In this document: positions 16,925 through 27,300 of the stretch, piece after piece
Layout of the letters: the number at the start of each line of letters is the position of its first letter
How positions within the stretch are numbered: position 1 is the stretch's first letter
DNA from: Planctomycetota bacterium
GTDB taxonomy: Bacteria; Planctomycetota; UBA1135; UBA2386
Direction: 5' to 3'
DNA length: 64,000 nucleotides
Assembly: GCA_020425925.1 (NCBI GenBank)
Contig: JAGQRB010000304.1
Coordinates: forward strand, 5,243-69,242
Program-made: the position numbers and the translations under genes
The notes under the pieces: model-generated
What the model was told of the DNA's origin: nothing
The model's input: the letters and a program-made list of their open reading frames with translations, nothing else
The model's database searches: none

Positions 16925-18262
16925 TCAGAATGGACTGACGGCGATCTCGAACAGGTGCGTCACGATCCGGTCGTTGCCGCGGAAGGACTGCATGCCGACC
17001 CTCCACATGCCGTACAGGGTGTTCGGAATCGGGAACTCGCGCAGCAGCGGGCCGCCGGTCGCCGGGACCACGAACGCATCCACGATGACGCCGTTGGCGG
17101 TGATCTGGGCCGGTGAGCCGGCGACGCAGTCGAGGTCCTCGAAGAACACCTGCAGGAAGTCCTCCGACGAGGTGCGGTCACTGCGACGGGTCAAGGCCAT
17201 CTCGATGCAGTTGCGGTCGAGGTAGCGATCCTCGACGGGGCGACCGATCATGCGTTCAGCCACGAAGCTGGCATCGTCCATGTCGCCGAGCGGGTCGTTG
17301 GAGCACGCGCCGCGATACCTGCTGCCGGACGGCAGCCCGAGCGATCCCGACGAGAACGAGGCGCCGCTCTCGTTGGTGTAGACGCCGGTGAACTGCGGCT
17401 GATCCCACTCCTGATCGTGGGTCGCGACGTAGAGCTCGTGGCTCGCGTCGATGGCCCAGAGGATCGTCTTCCTCTGGTCGTCGACGCACAGCGCGGTGAT
17501 CTGGTCGTCGGGGTCGCAATCCAGGTCCCTGTAGGTCTTGAAGCAGCTCGGCGACGACCATGCCGGGCCGCTCGAGGTGATCTTCAGGATCGTCGCGGCG
17601 CTCTTCTCGCAGGGCACCGTTGTTCCGGCGGGCTGGAACCACTGGTCGTCGAACAGATAGAGCGAGTCGCGGTCGACAGTGAAGTAGAACGTCGCGTTCG
17701 CCAGCTCGGCGACGTCGCCGATCGCACCGTCGAGCAGGACGGCCGTCATGTTGTGGTCGATGTCCGCGAGCTGTCCGACCCCGAGGTGCTGGCCGTCGCG
17801 CGCCTTCTCGACGATCCCGACGAAGTCGCCGTCGATCGCGCTGCCGTCGACCCAGTACGAGAAGATGTCACCGGCGATGCCACCGGGTCCGTTGACCTCG
17901 TCGACGTAGACCTGGGCGGCGCCCGGGCCGATGGTCTCGACGACGAACTGCAGCGCGCCCCAGGACTCGGGGCCCGTGACGACGGCGCGGCCGTCGGACA
18001 GGTTCGCAACGATGCGCGAACTGCCGCTCGAGAACGAGCTCAGCCTGAACGGTGAGGTGACCGCCGGCAGCATCGCCGCGTGCGAGAAGCGCGCGTCCAT
18101 GGTGGAGAACGGTACCGGCGTCGCAGGGGCGGGGCCGGCGGCAACGAACAGCAGCTCGTCCGAGATGTTGTGGTCCTGGACGACCCAGGGGCGCATCAGG
18201 AAGGCGCCGGAGGAGTCCCCTTGAGGAGCGAGGACGGCGAGGGACACGAGCGTTGACAGCAT
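16925..18262 (-). CDS. Secreted hypothetical protein
   Basis: 445 aa with a balanced amino-acid composition. The N-terminus is MLSTLVSLAVLAPQ. No recognised motifs. Confidence 0.7.
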   Translation of the reverse strand: MLSTLVSLAVLAPQGDSSGAFLMRPWVVQDHNISDELLFVAAGPAPATPVPFSTMDARFSHAAMLPAVTSPFRLSSFSSGSSRIVANLSDGRAVVTGPESWGALQFVVETIGPGAAQVYVDEVNGPGGIAGDIFSYWVDGSAIDGDFVGIVEKARDGQHLGVGQLADIDHNMTAVLLDGAIGDVAELANATFYFTVDRDSLYLFDDQWFQPAGTTVPCEKSAATILKITSSGPAWSSPSCFKTYRDLDCDPDDQITALCVDDQRKTILWAIDASHELYVATHDQEWDQPQFTGVYTNESGASFSSGSLGLPSGSRYRGACSNDPLGDMDDASFVAERMIGRPVEDRYLDRNCIEMALTRRSDRTSSEDFLQVFFEDLDCVAGSPAQITANGVIVDAFVVPATGGPLLREFPIPNTLYGMWRVGMQSFRGNDRIVTHLFEIAVSPF

Positions 18263-18310
18263 GTTTTCGTTCGATGTTTGGCGAGGAAGACTGCGGAAGG
18301 GGAGTAGCGA

Positions 18311-20818
18311 CTACTTGGGTTGGACCGGGACGTTGCGCGCCTGGCTGGCGAGCACCTTGCGGACGCGTTCGAGGATCCGTGCCGGCAGACCGTCGAACCG
18401 CAGCTCGTCGCGCCCGAGCAGGTCGGCGGCGGCGTCGAGCAGGATGCTGTTCAGCGGGCGACCTTCGAGCTGGTCGAGCAGTTCCAGCAGCAGCGTCTGC
18501 GGATCTTCGATCGCGAGGCTCACGAGCACCGCGCGACCTGCGAACACCTGTCGCGACTCTTCGTCGTCCGGGGGCAGGAGCTCGCGCGCGCGTTCGCAGA
18601 ACGCGATCACGTTCGCGGCCGCTGCCGCCGTCGCCTCGCGGTCGTCGCGGCCGAGGTGGTAGAGGTAGCGGCCGATCTCGATGTCGGTGCGCACCCAGAG
18701 GCGATCGATCTCGGTGATGAGGTCACCTTCGCCGAGCTGCTCGAGGCGGGCCTCGGCTGCGTCGAACTCGCCGCGCTCGCTGAACACGTCGATGAGCTGC
18801 AGCGACGCATTGAGGTTCCACGGCCGCAGCGCGATTGCTTCCTGCAGCACCGTCGCGGCGTCGTCGAGGCGGTGGAGGTCGCGGTAGGTCAGACCGAGGT
18901 TGCACAGCGTGCCGAACGCTTCGGGCTGCAGCGCGCGTGACCGTTCGAGGTCCAGGCGCGCGGCTTCGAGGTCCTCGAGCTGCATGAGAGCGGTGCCGCG
19001 GAAGTAGCACGTGCGGGCCGTCGGGCCACCGAGCTCCTCCTGGACCGCGTTGGTGAGCTCGGTCAGCTCGCGCATGCGCGAACGGTGCGCTTCGCGTTCG
19101 TTCTCGCCGAACGCGAGGTGGAGCGCGACGCCGAGGTTCAGATAGCGGGCCGGGAAGAAGGTCGGCGCCGCGGCGAGCAACGGTTGCGCCGCGGCGGCGT
19201 CGCCGCGGCGCCAATGGTGGAACGCCGCGAGGAAGCGACCGAGGTCGGTTTCCGGGGCCGGCGGGTCGGCGAGATCGAGATCGCCGACTCCGCGACCGCT
19301 CGCCGGAAAGGCGCGGTAGCGCGCGACCAGCCAATCGAGGAATGCGGTCCGCGTCGGGCTCGTGCGCGCGATCGTCTCGATGTCGGCGGCTGCGGCGCTC
19401 GTGTTGCCCTGGTCCTGATGGAGCGCGGCGCGCAGCGTGCGTGAGTAGACGTCGTCCTCGCGCAGCGCGAGGATCGCGTCGAGCTGCGCGATGTGGCCGG
19501 CGCGTTCGTCGCGGTCCATCTCGAGGCGTCGCTCGACGCTGCCTTCGACCGCGAGCGAGGCGGCGACGGTGGCGAACAGGCGCGCGTGGTCGGTTCGCGC
19601 GCGGGCCTCGGCCTCGCGCCACGCCGGCGGCACGAACAGCGCGAGCGCGATCGCGGCCAGCGCCATGCCCGCCACGAAGTAGATCGGTCGCCGGCGGAGA
19701 TGGCGCCACGCCCGCGTGACCCGTGTGATCGGCCGCGCCTTCACGGGCAGGTGGGCGAGGAATGCGCGCAGATCGGCCTCGAGCTCGACCATGTCGCGGT
19801 AGCGCCGTCGCGGATCGCGCTCGAGGCCCTTCTCGACGATGGCGCAGAGGTCGCGCGGCAGGCGCGGATCGATCGCGAGCAGCGCCTTCGGCTCCTCGCG
19901 CTGGAGCCTCGCCAGCACCTCGATCGAGTCGCCGGCGTACGGTGGCTGCATCGCGATCAGGTGGTAGAGCGTGGCGCAGACGCCGTACACGTCCATCGCC
20001 GGTGTCGCCGCCTCGTCGCGGGCGATCTGCTCGGGTGCCATGTAGGCCGGGGTGCCGAGCGCGCTGCCCTTGGTCGTCATCGAGGCGTCGCCGCGCCGTG
20101 CCGCGATGCCGAAATCGAGCAGGACGACGTTGCCCTCCTCGGTTAGGAAGATGTTCGACGGCTTGACGTCGCGGTGGCAGATGCCGTGTTCGTGTGCGGT
20201 CCGCAGCGCAGCGACGACGTCGAGCAGCCAATGCACGACCTGCGGGATGTAGTCCGCGGTGGCCACCGGCAGCCCGAGCTCGCTGGCGAGCCAGCCCGTC
20301 GGCGGAACGCCACGGCGTCCTTCGGTGGCCGGCGAGCTGTGCGTCGGGCTCACGACTCGCGCCAGCGAGCAGCCGCGCAGCCGCTCCATGACGAGGTAGT
20401 GCAGGCCGTGCGCGGCCTGGCCGTGGTCGTGGACCGGTACGATGTTCGGGTGCTTCAGCGCCGCGAGGGCCTGGGCCTCGCGGCGGAAGCGTTCGCGCCG
20501 CTTCTGTTCGCCGAACGAGCCGGGCGGCAGGACCTTGACCGCGACCGTTCGTTCGAGCGAGAGGTCCCGGGCCTCGTAGACCGCGCCCATCGCGCCGATC
20601 CCGATGCACTCGCCGAGCCGGTAGCGGCCGTTGAGCGTCTTCCCTGCCAGGCCGTCGTCCCGCGAGCCGGCCGCGAGGTCGTCGAGCGCGAGCGTCTCGC
20701 GCACGGCGTCGAGCAGGTCGGGTGCATCGCGGCACAGCTCGGCGAGATCGACGGTTTCGCCCGCATCCTGGAGCTCGATCGCCTTCCGAACGTAGCGCAG
20801 CAGTCGGTCTTCGGTCAT
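18311..20818 (-). CDS. Membrane Ser/Thr protein kinase with an extracytoplasmic TPR-like domain
   Basis: Hanks motifs are present: GIGAMGAVYEA, VAVKVL, HRDVKPSNIFL, DFGIA, GTPAYMAPE. There is one TM helix (IYFVAGMALAAIALALFVP). The C-terminal half is helical and TPR-like. The start lies 3 nt after the sigma-factor stop. Confidence 0.9.
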   Translation of the reverse strand: MTEDRLLRYVRKAIELQDAGETVDLAELCRDAPDLLDAVRETLALDDLAAGSRDDGLAGKTLNGRYRLGECIGIGAMGAVYEARDLSLERTVAVKVLPPGSFGEQKRRERFRREAQALAALKHPNIVPVHDHGQAAHGLHYLVMERLRGCSLARVVSPTHSSPATEGRRGVPPTGWLASELGLPVATADYIPQVVHWLLDVVAALRTAHEHGICHRDVKPSNIFLTEEGNVVLLDFGIAARRGDASMTTKGSALGTPAYMAPEQIARDEAATPAMDVYGVCATLYHLIAMQPPYAGDSIEVLARLQREEPKALLAIDPRLPRDLCAIVEKGLERDPRRRYRDMVELEADLRAFLAHLPVKARPITRVTRAWRHLRRRPIYFVAGMALAAIALALFVPPAWREAEARARTDHARLFATVAASLAVEGSVERRLEMDRDERAGHIAQLDAILALREDDVYSRTLRAALHQDQGNTSAAAADIETIARTSPTRTAFLDWLVARYRAFPASGRGVGDLDLADPPAPETDLGRFLAAFHHWRRGDAAAAQPLLAAAPTFFPARYLNLGVALHLAFGENEREAHRSRMRELTELTNAVQEELGGPTARTCYFRGTALMQLEDLEAARLDLERSRALQPEAFGTLCNLGLTYRDLHRLDDAATVLQEAIALRPWNLNASLQLIDVFSERGEFDAAEARLEQLGEGDLITEIDRLWVRTDIEIGRYLYHLGRDDREATAAAAANVIAFCERARELLPPDDEESRQVFAGRAVLVSLAIEDPQTLLLELLDQLEGRPLNSILLDAAADLLGRDELRFDGLPARILERVRKVLASQARNVPVQPK

Positions 20819-20821
20819 CTC

Positions 20822-21499
20822 TCAGAGTCCGACGCGAGTCGCGGTGACGCCCCGGCGGCGCAGGCCGACCGCGATCCTGGCCCGGATGTCGTTGAAGGCT
20901 TGCCGCGCGACGTCGGCGCTCGAGTAGCCGTGCGCCGCGGCGATGTCCGCCCAGGAGCACGCGCCGCGCGTGCGCATCTCCCAGATGGCGCGCTGCTTCT
21001 CGCTGAGCGACTCCAGAACGGTTTCGAGCGCGCCGACGTACTCGCGCAGCGCGGCGTCGACCGACGGCGACCGGTCGGGCGCGGCCTTCGCCATGGCCTC
21101 GAGTTCCGCCGATTCGGACTTCTTGTCGCGGCGGACGTCACGCCGTTCGGCCCGGTGGTGGCGCAGCGCATCGAGCAGGTTGTGCTTCACCGCGGCTGCG
21201 AGGTAGCCGAGGAACGCTTCCTCTTCGGTCGAGCGGACGTCTTTGAGGTTGTCGAGCACCCGCAGGAAGACGTTCTGAACCACGTCGCCGGTGCTGAACG
21301 CGGCCTGCATCCAGGCGTGCTTGCGCCGGAAGTCGAGCCGGAGCTGACGTTGCACGATCTCGCGGACCCGCGGGTAGTAGCGCTCGGCGAGCGCGGCGAA
21401 CTCGCGCCGGTCGCCGTTCCGCACCCCGCGAATCGCTCGGGCGAGGTCGAAGTTGCCGTTGCTCGGCGGGATCGGGCGAGTCGGCATCGGCTGGAGCAT
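20822..21499 (-). CDS. ECF-type RNA polymerase sigma-70 family factor
   Basis: A region-2-like segment (DVVQNVFLRVL...) and a region-4 HTH (LSEKQRAIWEMRTRGACSWADIAAAHGYSSADVARQAFNDIR). It lies directly upstream of the kinase and in the same direction. Confidence 0.85.
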   Translation of the reverse strand: MLQPMPTRPIPPSNGNFDLARAIRGVRNGDRREFAALAERYYPRVREIVQRQLRLDFRRKHAWMQAAFSTGDVVQNVFLRVLDNLKDVRSTEEEAFLGYLAAAVKHNLLDALRHHRAERRDVRRDKKSESAELEAMAKAAPDRSPSVDAALREYVGALETVLESLSEKQRAIWEMRTRGACSWADIAAAHGYSSADVARQAFNDIRARIAVGLRRRGVTATRVGL

Positions 21500-21668
21500 A
21501 GCTTTCGAACATGGTCCGGGTCACGGACGACGGCGCGGCACCGCGCCGCACCCGACCAGAGCTGGCGCGGCCCGGCGGCGAAGCGGAGGACGAATTCCGC
21601 GAGTTTCTCGTCGGCTGGCGCCGATTCGGGTCTCGAGCTGCGGTTGCCCTCCTGCCGATAGCAAGGGC

Positions 21669-22394
21669 ATGCTGGACCTGCGGCGGATCGCCAAGAAGCT
21701 CGTCACGCCGTTCCGGCAGTACCTCGGTCGGCTCACGGTCGCCGACCGCCATCTGCGCGGCGCCGGGCTCGAGATCGGCGCACTGCAGGATCCGATGCCG
21801 ATGCCGAAGGGCACGAGAGTTCGCTACGTCGACATCGCGCCCACCGAGCAGCTGCGCGCGATGTACCCGGCCAAGACGCGGCGCTGGCTCGTCGACGTCG
21901 ACGTCGTCGACGACGGCGAGAAGCTGGCGACGGTCGCGGACGACTCGCAGGACTTCGTCGCCAGCAACCACTTCTTCGAGCACGCCGAAGACCCGATCGG
22001 CGCGCTGCGCAACATGCTCCGCGTCGTGCGGCCGGGCGGCGTGGTCTACATGTCGGTGCCCGACAAACGGCTGACGTTCGACCACGCGCGGCCCGCGACC
22101 ACCGTCGAGCACGTCGTACGCGACCACGAGGACGGCCCCGAGGGGTCGCGGCACGGGCACTACGAGGAGGTCGTGAAGCACACCTCGACGTTGACCGAGC
22201 CGGCCGCGATCGCGGCCCGGGTCGCAGAGCTCGAGGCGCAGGACTTCCGCATCCACTTCCACTGCTGGTCGCAGACGGAGTTCCTCGAGCTGCTCTGCGC
22301 GCTGCAGCGGCGTCCGGGCTTCCCGCCGTTCGACGTCGCCGAGTTCGTCGCCAACCAGTGCGAGATGATCGTCGTGCTGCGGAAGCGCAGCTGA
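21669..22394 (+). CDS. Class I SAM-dependent methyltransferase
   Basis: LEIGAL (motif I-like) and DFVASNHFFEHAEDPIGALRNMLRVVRPGGVVYMSVPD (Methyltransf_11-like) are present. The start is the ATG giving MLDLRRIAKK. Confidence 0.8.
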   Translation: MLDLRRIAKKLVTPFRQYLGRLTVADRHLRGAGLEIGALQDPMPMPKGTRVRYVDIAPTEQLRAMYPAKTRRWLVDVDVVDDGEKLATVADDSQDFVASNHFFEHAEDPIGALRNMLRVVRPGGVVYMSVPDKRLTFDHARPATTVEHVVRDHEDGPEGSRHGHYEEVVKHTSTLTEPAAIAARVAELEAQDFRIHFHCWSQTEFLELLCALQRRPGFPPFDVAEFVANQCEMIVVLRKRS

Positions 22395-22418
22395 CCGAAG
22401 TAGCGTAGATTCCCGATC

Positions 22419-23096
22419 GTGTCGCTCTGGTCCGCGATTGCGTTGGGGTTCGGTCCGAGCCTGTTCTGGCTCTGGCTGGTGCATCGCCACGACGATCACG
22501 AGCGCGAGCCCTGGTCCCACATCGTCGCGGCGCTCGCACTCGGCGCGCTCTCGGTGCTCGGCGTGCTCTGGTCGCGGCCGTGGCTCGCAGACCTGCTCGG
22601 GCCGTGCCCGCCGCTGCTCGAGACGTTCGTGCTCACGGCGCTCAACGAGGAGGTCTGGAAGATCGCCGCGATGCTGCCGCTGCTCTGCTGCGCCGAGCTC
22701 GACGAGCCGCTCGACGGCGTGGTCTACGGCGCCGCCTGCGGACTCGGCTTCGCCGGCGTCGAGAACGTGCTCTACGCCCAGCTCGGTGCCGGCTTCTCCG
22801 TGCCGATCCAGCGCGCCTTCACCGCGACGCTGTTGCACGCGGCCTGCTCGGGCAGCTTCGGTTTCGCGCTCGCGATGGTCAAGCTCGACCGCGGCGGTCG
22901 CTGGCGCGCGCTCTGGCCGCTGTTCGGGCTGCTGCTCGCCGTCACGGTCCACGGGCTCTACGACGCGTTCCTCGATGGCGATCGCGTGCGCGCCCAGGTC
23001 TCGCTGTTCCTGGTGCTGCCGGCGGCGCTCTACCTGTTGACCGTCAAGATGCACTGGGCGCGCGCGCGCTCGCCGCACTACCATCCCGACGAGTGA
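22419..23096 (+). CDS. PrsW-family intramembrane protease
   Basis: Multi-pass hydrophobic protein with the E-E-x-x-K motif (LNEEVWK) and H-x-x-x-D (VHGLYDAF). GTG start. Confidence 0.8.
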   Translation: MSLWSAIALGFGPSLFWLWLVHRHDDHEREPWSHIVAALALGALSVLGVLWSRPWLADLLGPCPPLLETFVLTALNEEVWKIAAMLPLLCCAELDEPLDGVVYGAACGLGFAGVENVLYAQLGAGFSVPIQRAFTATLLHAACSGSFGFALAMVKLDRGGRWRALWPLFGLLLAVTVHGLYDAFLDGDRVRAQVSLFLVLPAALYLLTVKMHWARARSPHYHPDE

Positions 23097-24049
23097 GCCA
23101 GCCTCTGCCGCCGCCCGCGAGCGACGACATCGCGCGCATCGCGCGGTTGCGCGATCGCTTCCTCGACGATTCGCGCGGGTCGCGACGGCTGCCCGACTAC
23201 TGGCGCGACGAGCACGATCTGCTGGCCTACGACCGCGTGCTCGCCGCACGCATCGGCTGGAAGTGGGACGCCGCGCTCGCCGAGTGTGCCGACCGCGGGT
23301 TGTCGGTGGCGGCGGGGGCGACCGTGCTCGACTTCGGCTGCGGCACCGGCATCGCGGCGCGCCGGTTCGTCGCGCGCTTCGGTGGCGATCAGCGTGAGGT
23401 GCTGTGCCACGACCGTTCGCCGCTGGCGATGGCGTTCGCCGCGCGAGCGCTGGCAGCCGCCGCACCCGCGGTCGCCGTGCGCGCGCTCGCGGACGTTCGC
23501 GAGGTGGCGCCCGACGTGCTGCTCGTCAGCCACGTGCTCGGCGAACTCGACGACCGCGGGCTCGCGGAGCTGCGTGCGCTCGCCGAGCGTGCGCGCTGCG
23601 TCGTGATCGTCGAAGCCGGCAATCACACGACGTCGCGGCGGCTCTCGCAGCTGCGCGACGAGCTGCTGCCCGGTTTCCGGATCGTCGCGCCGTGTCCGCA
23701 TGCTGCTGCGTGTCCGGCGCTCGCGAACGACGACGACTGGTGCCACTTCTTCGCGCCGCCACCGCCGGAGGTGTTCACCGATGGCGCCTGGGTGCGAACC
23801 GCACGCGAGCTCGGCATCGACCTGCGTTCGCTGCCGTATGCGTTCGTTGCGCTGTCGCGCGATTCGGTGGCGGTGCCGATGCCGCCGAACCGCACGCTCG
23901 GTCGCCCGAAGCTGCGTTCGCGCGATGCGCTCGTCCAGGTCTGTCGCGAGGGTGCGCTGCGAACGGCGACCGTCGGCAAGCGTGAAGACGTCGAGACCTG
24001 GCGCGCGTTGAAGAAGCACCCGGAGACCGTGCGGTCACTGTCCGACTGA
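23093..24049 (+). CDS. Rsm22-like SAM-dependent methyltransferase
   Basis: VLDFGCGTG (motif I), LLVSHVLGEL and the cysteine cluster CPHAAACP...WCHF. GTG at 23093 overlaps the PrsW stop (GTGA). Confidence 0.8.
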   Translation: MSQPLPPPASDDIARIARLRDRFLDDSRGSRRLPDYWRDEHDLLAYDRVLAARIGWKWDAALAECADRGLSVAAGATVLDFGCGTGIAARRFVARFGGDQREVLCHDRSPLAMAFAARALAAAAPAVAVRALADVREVAPDVLLVSHVLGELDDRGLAELRALAERARCVVIVEAGNHTTSRRLSQLRDELLPGFRIVAPCPHAAACPALANDDDWCHFFAPPPPEVFTDGAWVRTARELGIDLRSLPYAFVALSRDSVAVPMPPNRTLGRPKLRSRDALVQVCREGALRTATVGKREDVETWRALKKHPETVRSLSD

Positions 24050-24317
24050 CGCGGTGCACAGAGGGCCGGCCGGCGCTTGGGCTGCGTACTCGTCCCCGAG
24101 TTTGGCGGCAGGTTCTCGGTCCATCGCTACGAGACGCCCGACACGCCGGGGTCACCAGTCGGCCGAGATGCCGAAACCGCCGCCGCGTCGGAAGTTCGGT
24201 GTGCGCCAGCAGCAACTCGTGGGTCAAGCCGCGCGGGGGAGCTGCGCGGTGACCCGGTTGCCGAGCACGCAGGGAGGCCGTAAGACACAGTCTGTGAAGC
24301 CGGAATCGGGGACCCAC

Positions 24318-24364
<47 letters not shown>

Positions 24365-24370
24365 GCCGCT

Positions 24371-27300
24371 TTGAGTACGCCCGGCGCTGCGCAGGCGCCG
24401 GTCGTTGGCAACGGGGTCGCGGGTAGTTTGCCTGGCACCCAGCGCTGGATCATCTTCCTGAAGGACAGGGGCTACTCGCTGAACCAGGCCCTGCAGGCGA
24501 TCCGGAACGAGACGACGGTTGCGGGGCGCCGAGCCAGGCTGGCGACCCTGCGCCAACTCGCGAGCACGGATCAAAGCGTGATCGCACAGACCGTTGTCGG
24601 CTTGGGTGGCGTTGTGGACCGGAATCTATGGATGGCGAACGCGATCTCGGTGCACTTGCCGCGGGCCCGTCTGGCGCAGATCGCCATGGATCCGCGAGTC
24701 CGGCGACTCGAGCCGGTCCGAGCCTACCCGTTGGGCGACGTCGACGCTCCGACCGCTTTCTTGGGGTCGGTGCCAATGCCGATCGGCACGTCGACCAACC
24801 AGCACAACCACAACAAGGCGGCCGCCTGGACGATCCTGGGTGAGGGTCAAGGGGACTACAAGGGGGCCGGCGCGCGGATTGCCGTGTTCGACAGTGGCAT
24901 CGACGCCGATGTCGACGGTGCCACGCCGACGGTGGTCGACGACCACCCTGAGTTCCTGAGCACGGGTGGGGTGACGCGGATCGAAGCGTTCCTGCAGGGG
25001 CAGGACGTCAATATGACGACGCGGCACGCTGACGTGAACATCCTCCAGACGTCGGCTCCCTCACCTTACGTCGGGTTGACTCCGCCACATGGTTTTCGAC
25101 AATCGAGTCACCACACCGTAGCTGGCCATGGTACAGCGATGGCAGCCATCGCCGCGGGCTCCACCGATGGCCATGCTCCGGAGGCTGCCTTGATCGATGT
25201 GGCCATTACGAGCTATCCGTTCCTGGGTGGGTCTGCCCTATTCCGGTGGGAGACTCTCGACGTGGGCTATCTCGGGGGCATCGAGCGGTTGACCGAGTTC
25301 ATCCTCGAGAACAAGCCGGAGCAGCAGGCCACCGCCTACGTGCACGTGATTACGATCTCCTCGGGTGGCCCGCCGTCTCCCGACAGCGAGGTTGCCAAGG
25401 CACTCGACTCGCTTGCACGCTGGGAGGACATCCTGATCATCGCGAATGCCGGCAATGAGGCCGATACGACGCAAGCGAGTCACGGCTTCTACCATGGCGT
25501 CGCCGTCGGGGCGGTTCACGCCCGCGCGCCAGGCGCCGGCGCCACGACGAACTTCTCCTTCCTGCCGATGTTCTGGTCGAGCCGTGGTCCGCTGTTCGGC
25601 GATCCCGCCCGGTTGTATCCAGACCTGTGTGCGACGGGGGCGGGCCCGGGGTCGATCACCAACGGCCCGGTCGGTGCGGCTCGCCGCTTCGTCTACCCCG
25701 GGGACTTCTTCAACGTGGAAGCGCGGGGCTCCTGCCTCTTGATGCCGGGGATCGACGTCGGCGACCTGCAGTCGCAGACGCCGGCCAACAACACCTCGCC
25801 CGTGCGCTACAACTTCGGCACGAGCGAGGCCGCGGCGCAGGTTGCCGGGGCGGCTGCGCTCTACCGCGGCAAGCGATCGAGCCTGCCGAACTACGCGACG
25901 GCGGAGGAGACCCGCGCGGCTCTGCTGCTGAACGTGCTCGGAACCTTCGCGACGAAGTCCGGGACTTCGGCCGACCCTGCCGGGCAACACTGGTTCACGA
26001 ACCGCAACACGTACGGCGTGGGCTACGTTCGCGACGATCTGCTCGCCGAGTTCGCGGTACGGGATGCCGGCATCGTACCGTTGGCCGAAGTCGTCACTCT
26101 GAGCGAGACGACGACCGAGACGACGGTCTCGTACGGCCCGTTGGCCGCTGGCGAACGATACGGGGTGGTCGCCTGCTGGCGGCGCTACTTCGACGTCGAG
26201 AGCGATCAGGTGCCGCCGCCTGAGCTCGAGCTCCCGAACGTCGATCTGGTCGTGGAGTACAACGGCAACGTGATCGCAAGGTCTCAATCGACGGCCAACA
26301 GCTACGAGCGCGCGGTGTTCGAGGCACCTGCCGGCTCGTCGGGCAACAGCGCGACGCTGCGCGTCCGCCTCGCGAGCACGCCGCGCCCGGAGCAGGGTGT
26401 GGTCGTCCAGATCGTCGCCCGCAAGTTTGCTGCTGACATCGATCCTGACACCACGGAAGATCCAGTTCTCGCCTCGACGGGCGAACTCGCCGAGCTGCCG
26501 GCGGGCGCGGGCTGCACGATGCAGGCGGAGGAATGGACGGTCGCGCGGGTCGTTCCAGAGGCCTACGCCAACGCGGACGCTTGGGGTAGCGCGCCATTCC
26601 AAGTCTCGTGGAACCCGACGGGGACCTGGTACCAGCACCGCGGCTACAGTCGTGGCTTCGACCTGACGCCGTCGGGAGGCAATGGCGCGACCTACAAGTG
26701 GGTGCGCTTCTACTACGCGAGCACGGAAGTTGGCGGTGCGATGACCATCGACGGCCTCGCATTCCGCTCCTCGACGCCGCTCGATGCTCCGTCCGATATC
26801 CCCGTCGACATCCACATCGCGCTGGGGAACTTCCCAGCGAACCAGAATCCGCTGAGCTCCTACGTCACGCAAGGGACCCTCACGAGGATCCCCGATTCGG
26901 CTGGAGACTTGAGGCGAGATCACTTTCCGGTCCAACTACGCTTCGCCAACCCGTTTTCGTATCCGGGCGGGAGCCCGCTGAATATCTGGATCGTGGCGCC
27001 GACGAGCCAGATCGGCAGCAAGTTCGAAGTCGACGGCATGGACGATGGCGGGGGTGGCTACCTGTCGTATCGGCCCGTGGACAATTCTGGTCAGCTCACC
27101 TACCTGACCCAGCCGGGTGTAGCGCCGATGCTCGGCCTGCTTCAGAAGTCCTCGCCCGGCCCGAGGGTGGCTACGATTGCCGTCAGCGGCGAGCCATGGA
27201 GCGGCAACGGCGCGGTCGATTGCGAGCTGATGTGGCGGCTCGACGCGGCGTCGAACACGGCGTACGTCATGAGCCTCGGCTTCGTCGCAGCCTCGCCTCA

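Noticed and set aside
21500-21668. ECF-type promoter (GGAAC-N16/17-CGT-like) in the divergent region upstream of the first sigma factor
   Set aside because: I scanned both strands and found only weak, ambiguous matches, such as GAAAC...CGCT. This is not enough to annotate.
24054-24317. The part of the 106-aa ORF 24054..24374 that lies upstream of ATG 24318
   Set aside because: The composition is non-coding-like. Only the ATG-(CT)n segment makes biological sense, as a displaced signal-peptide exon of the protease. I also found no tRNA-like or riboswitch-like structure in this 321-bp gap.
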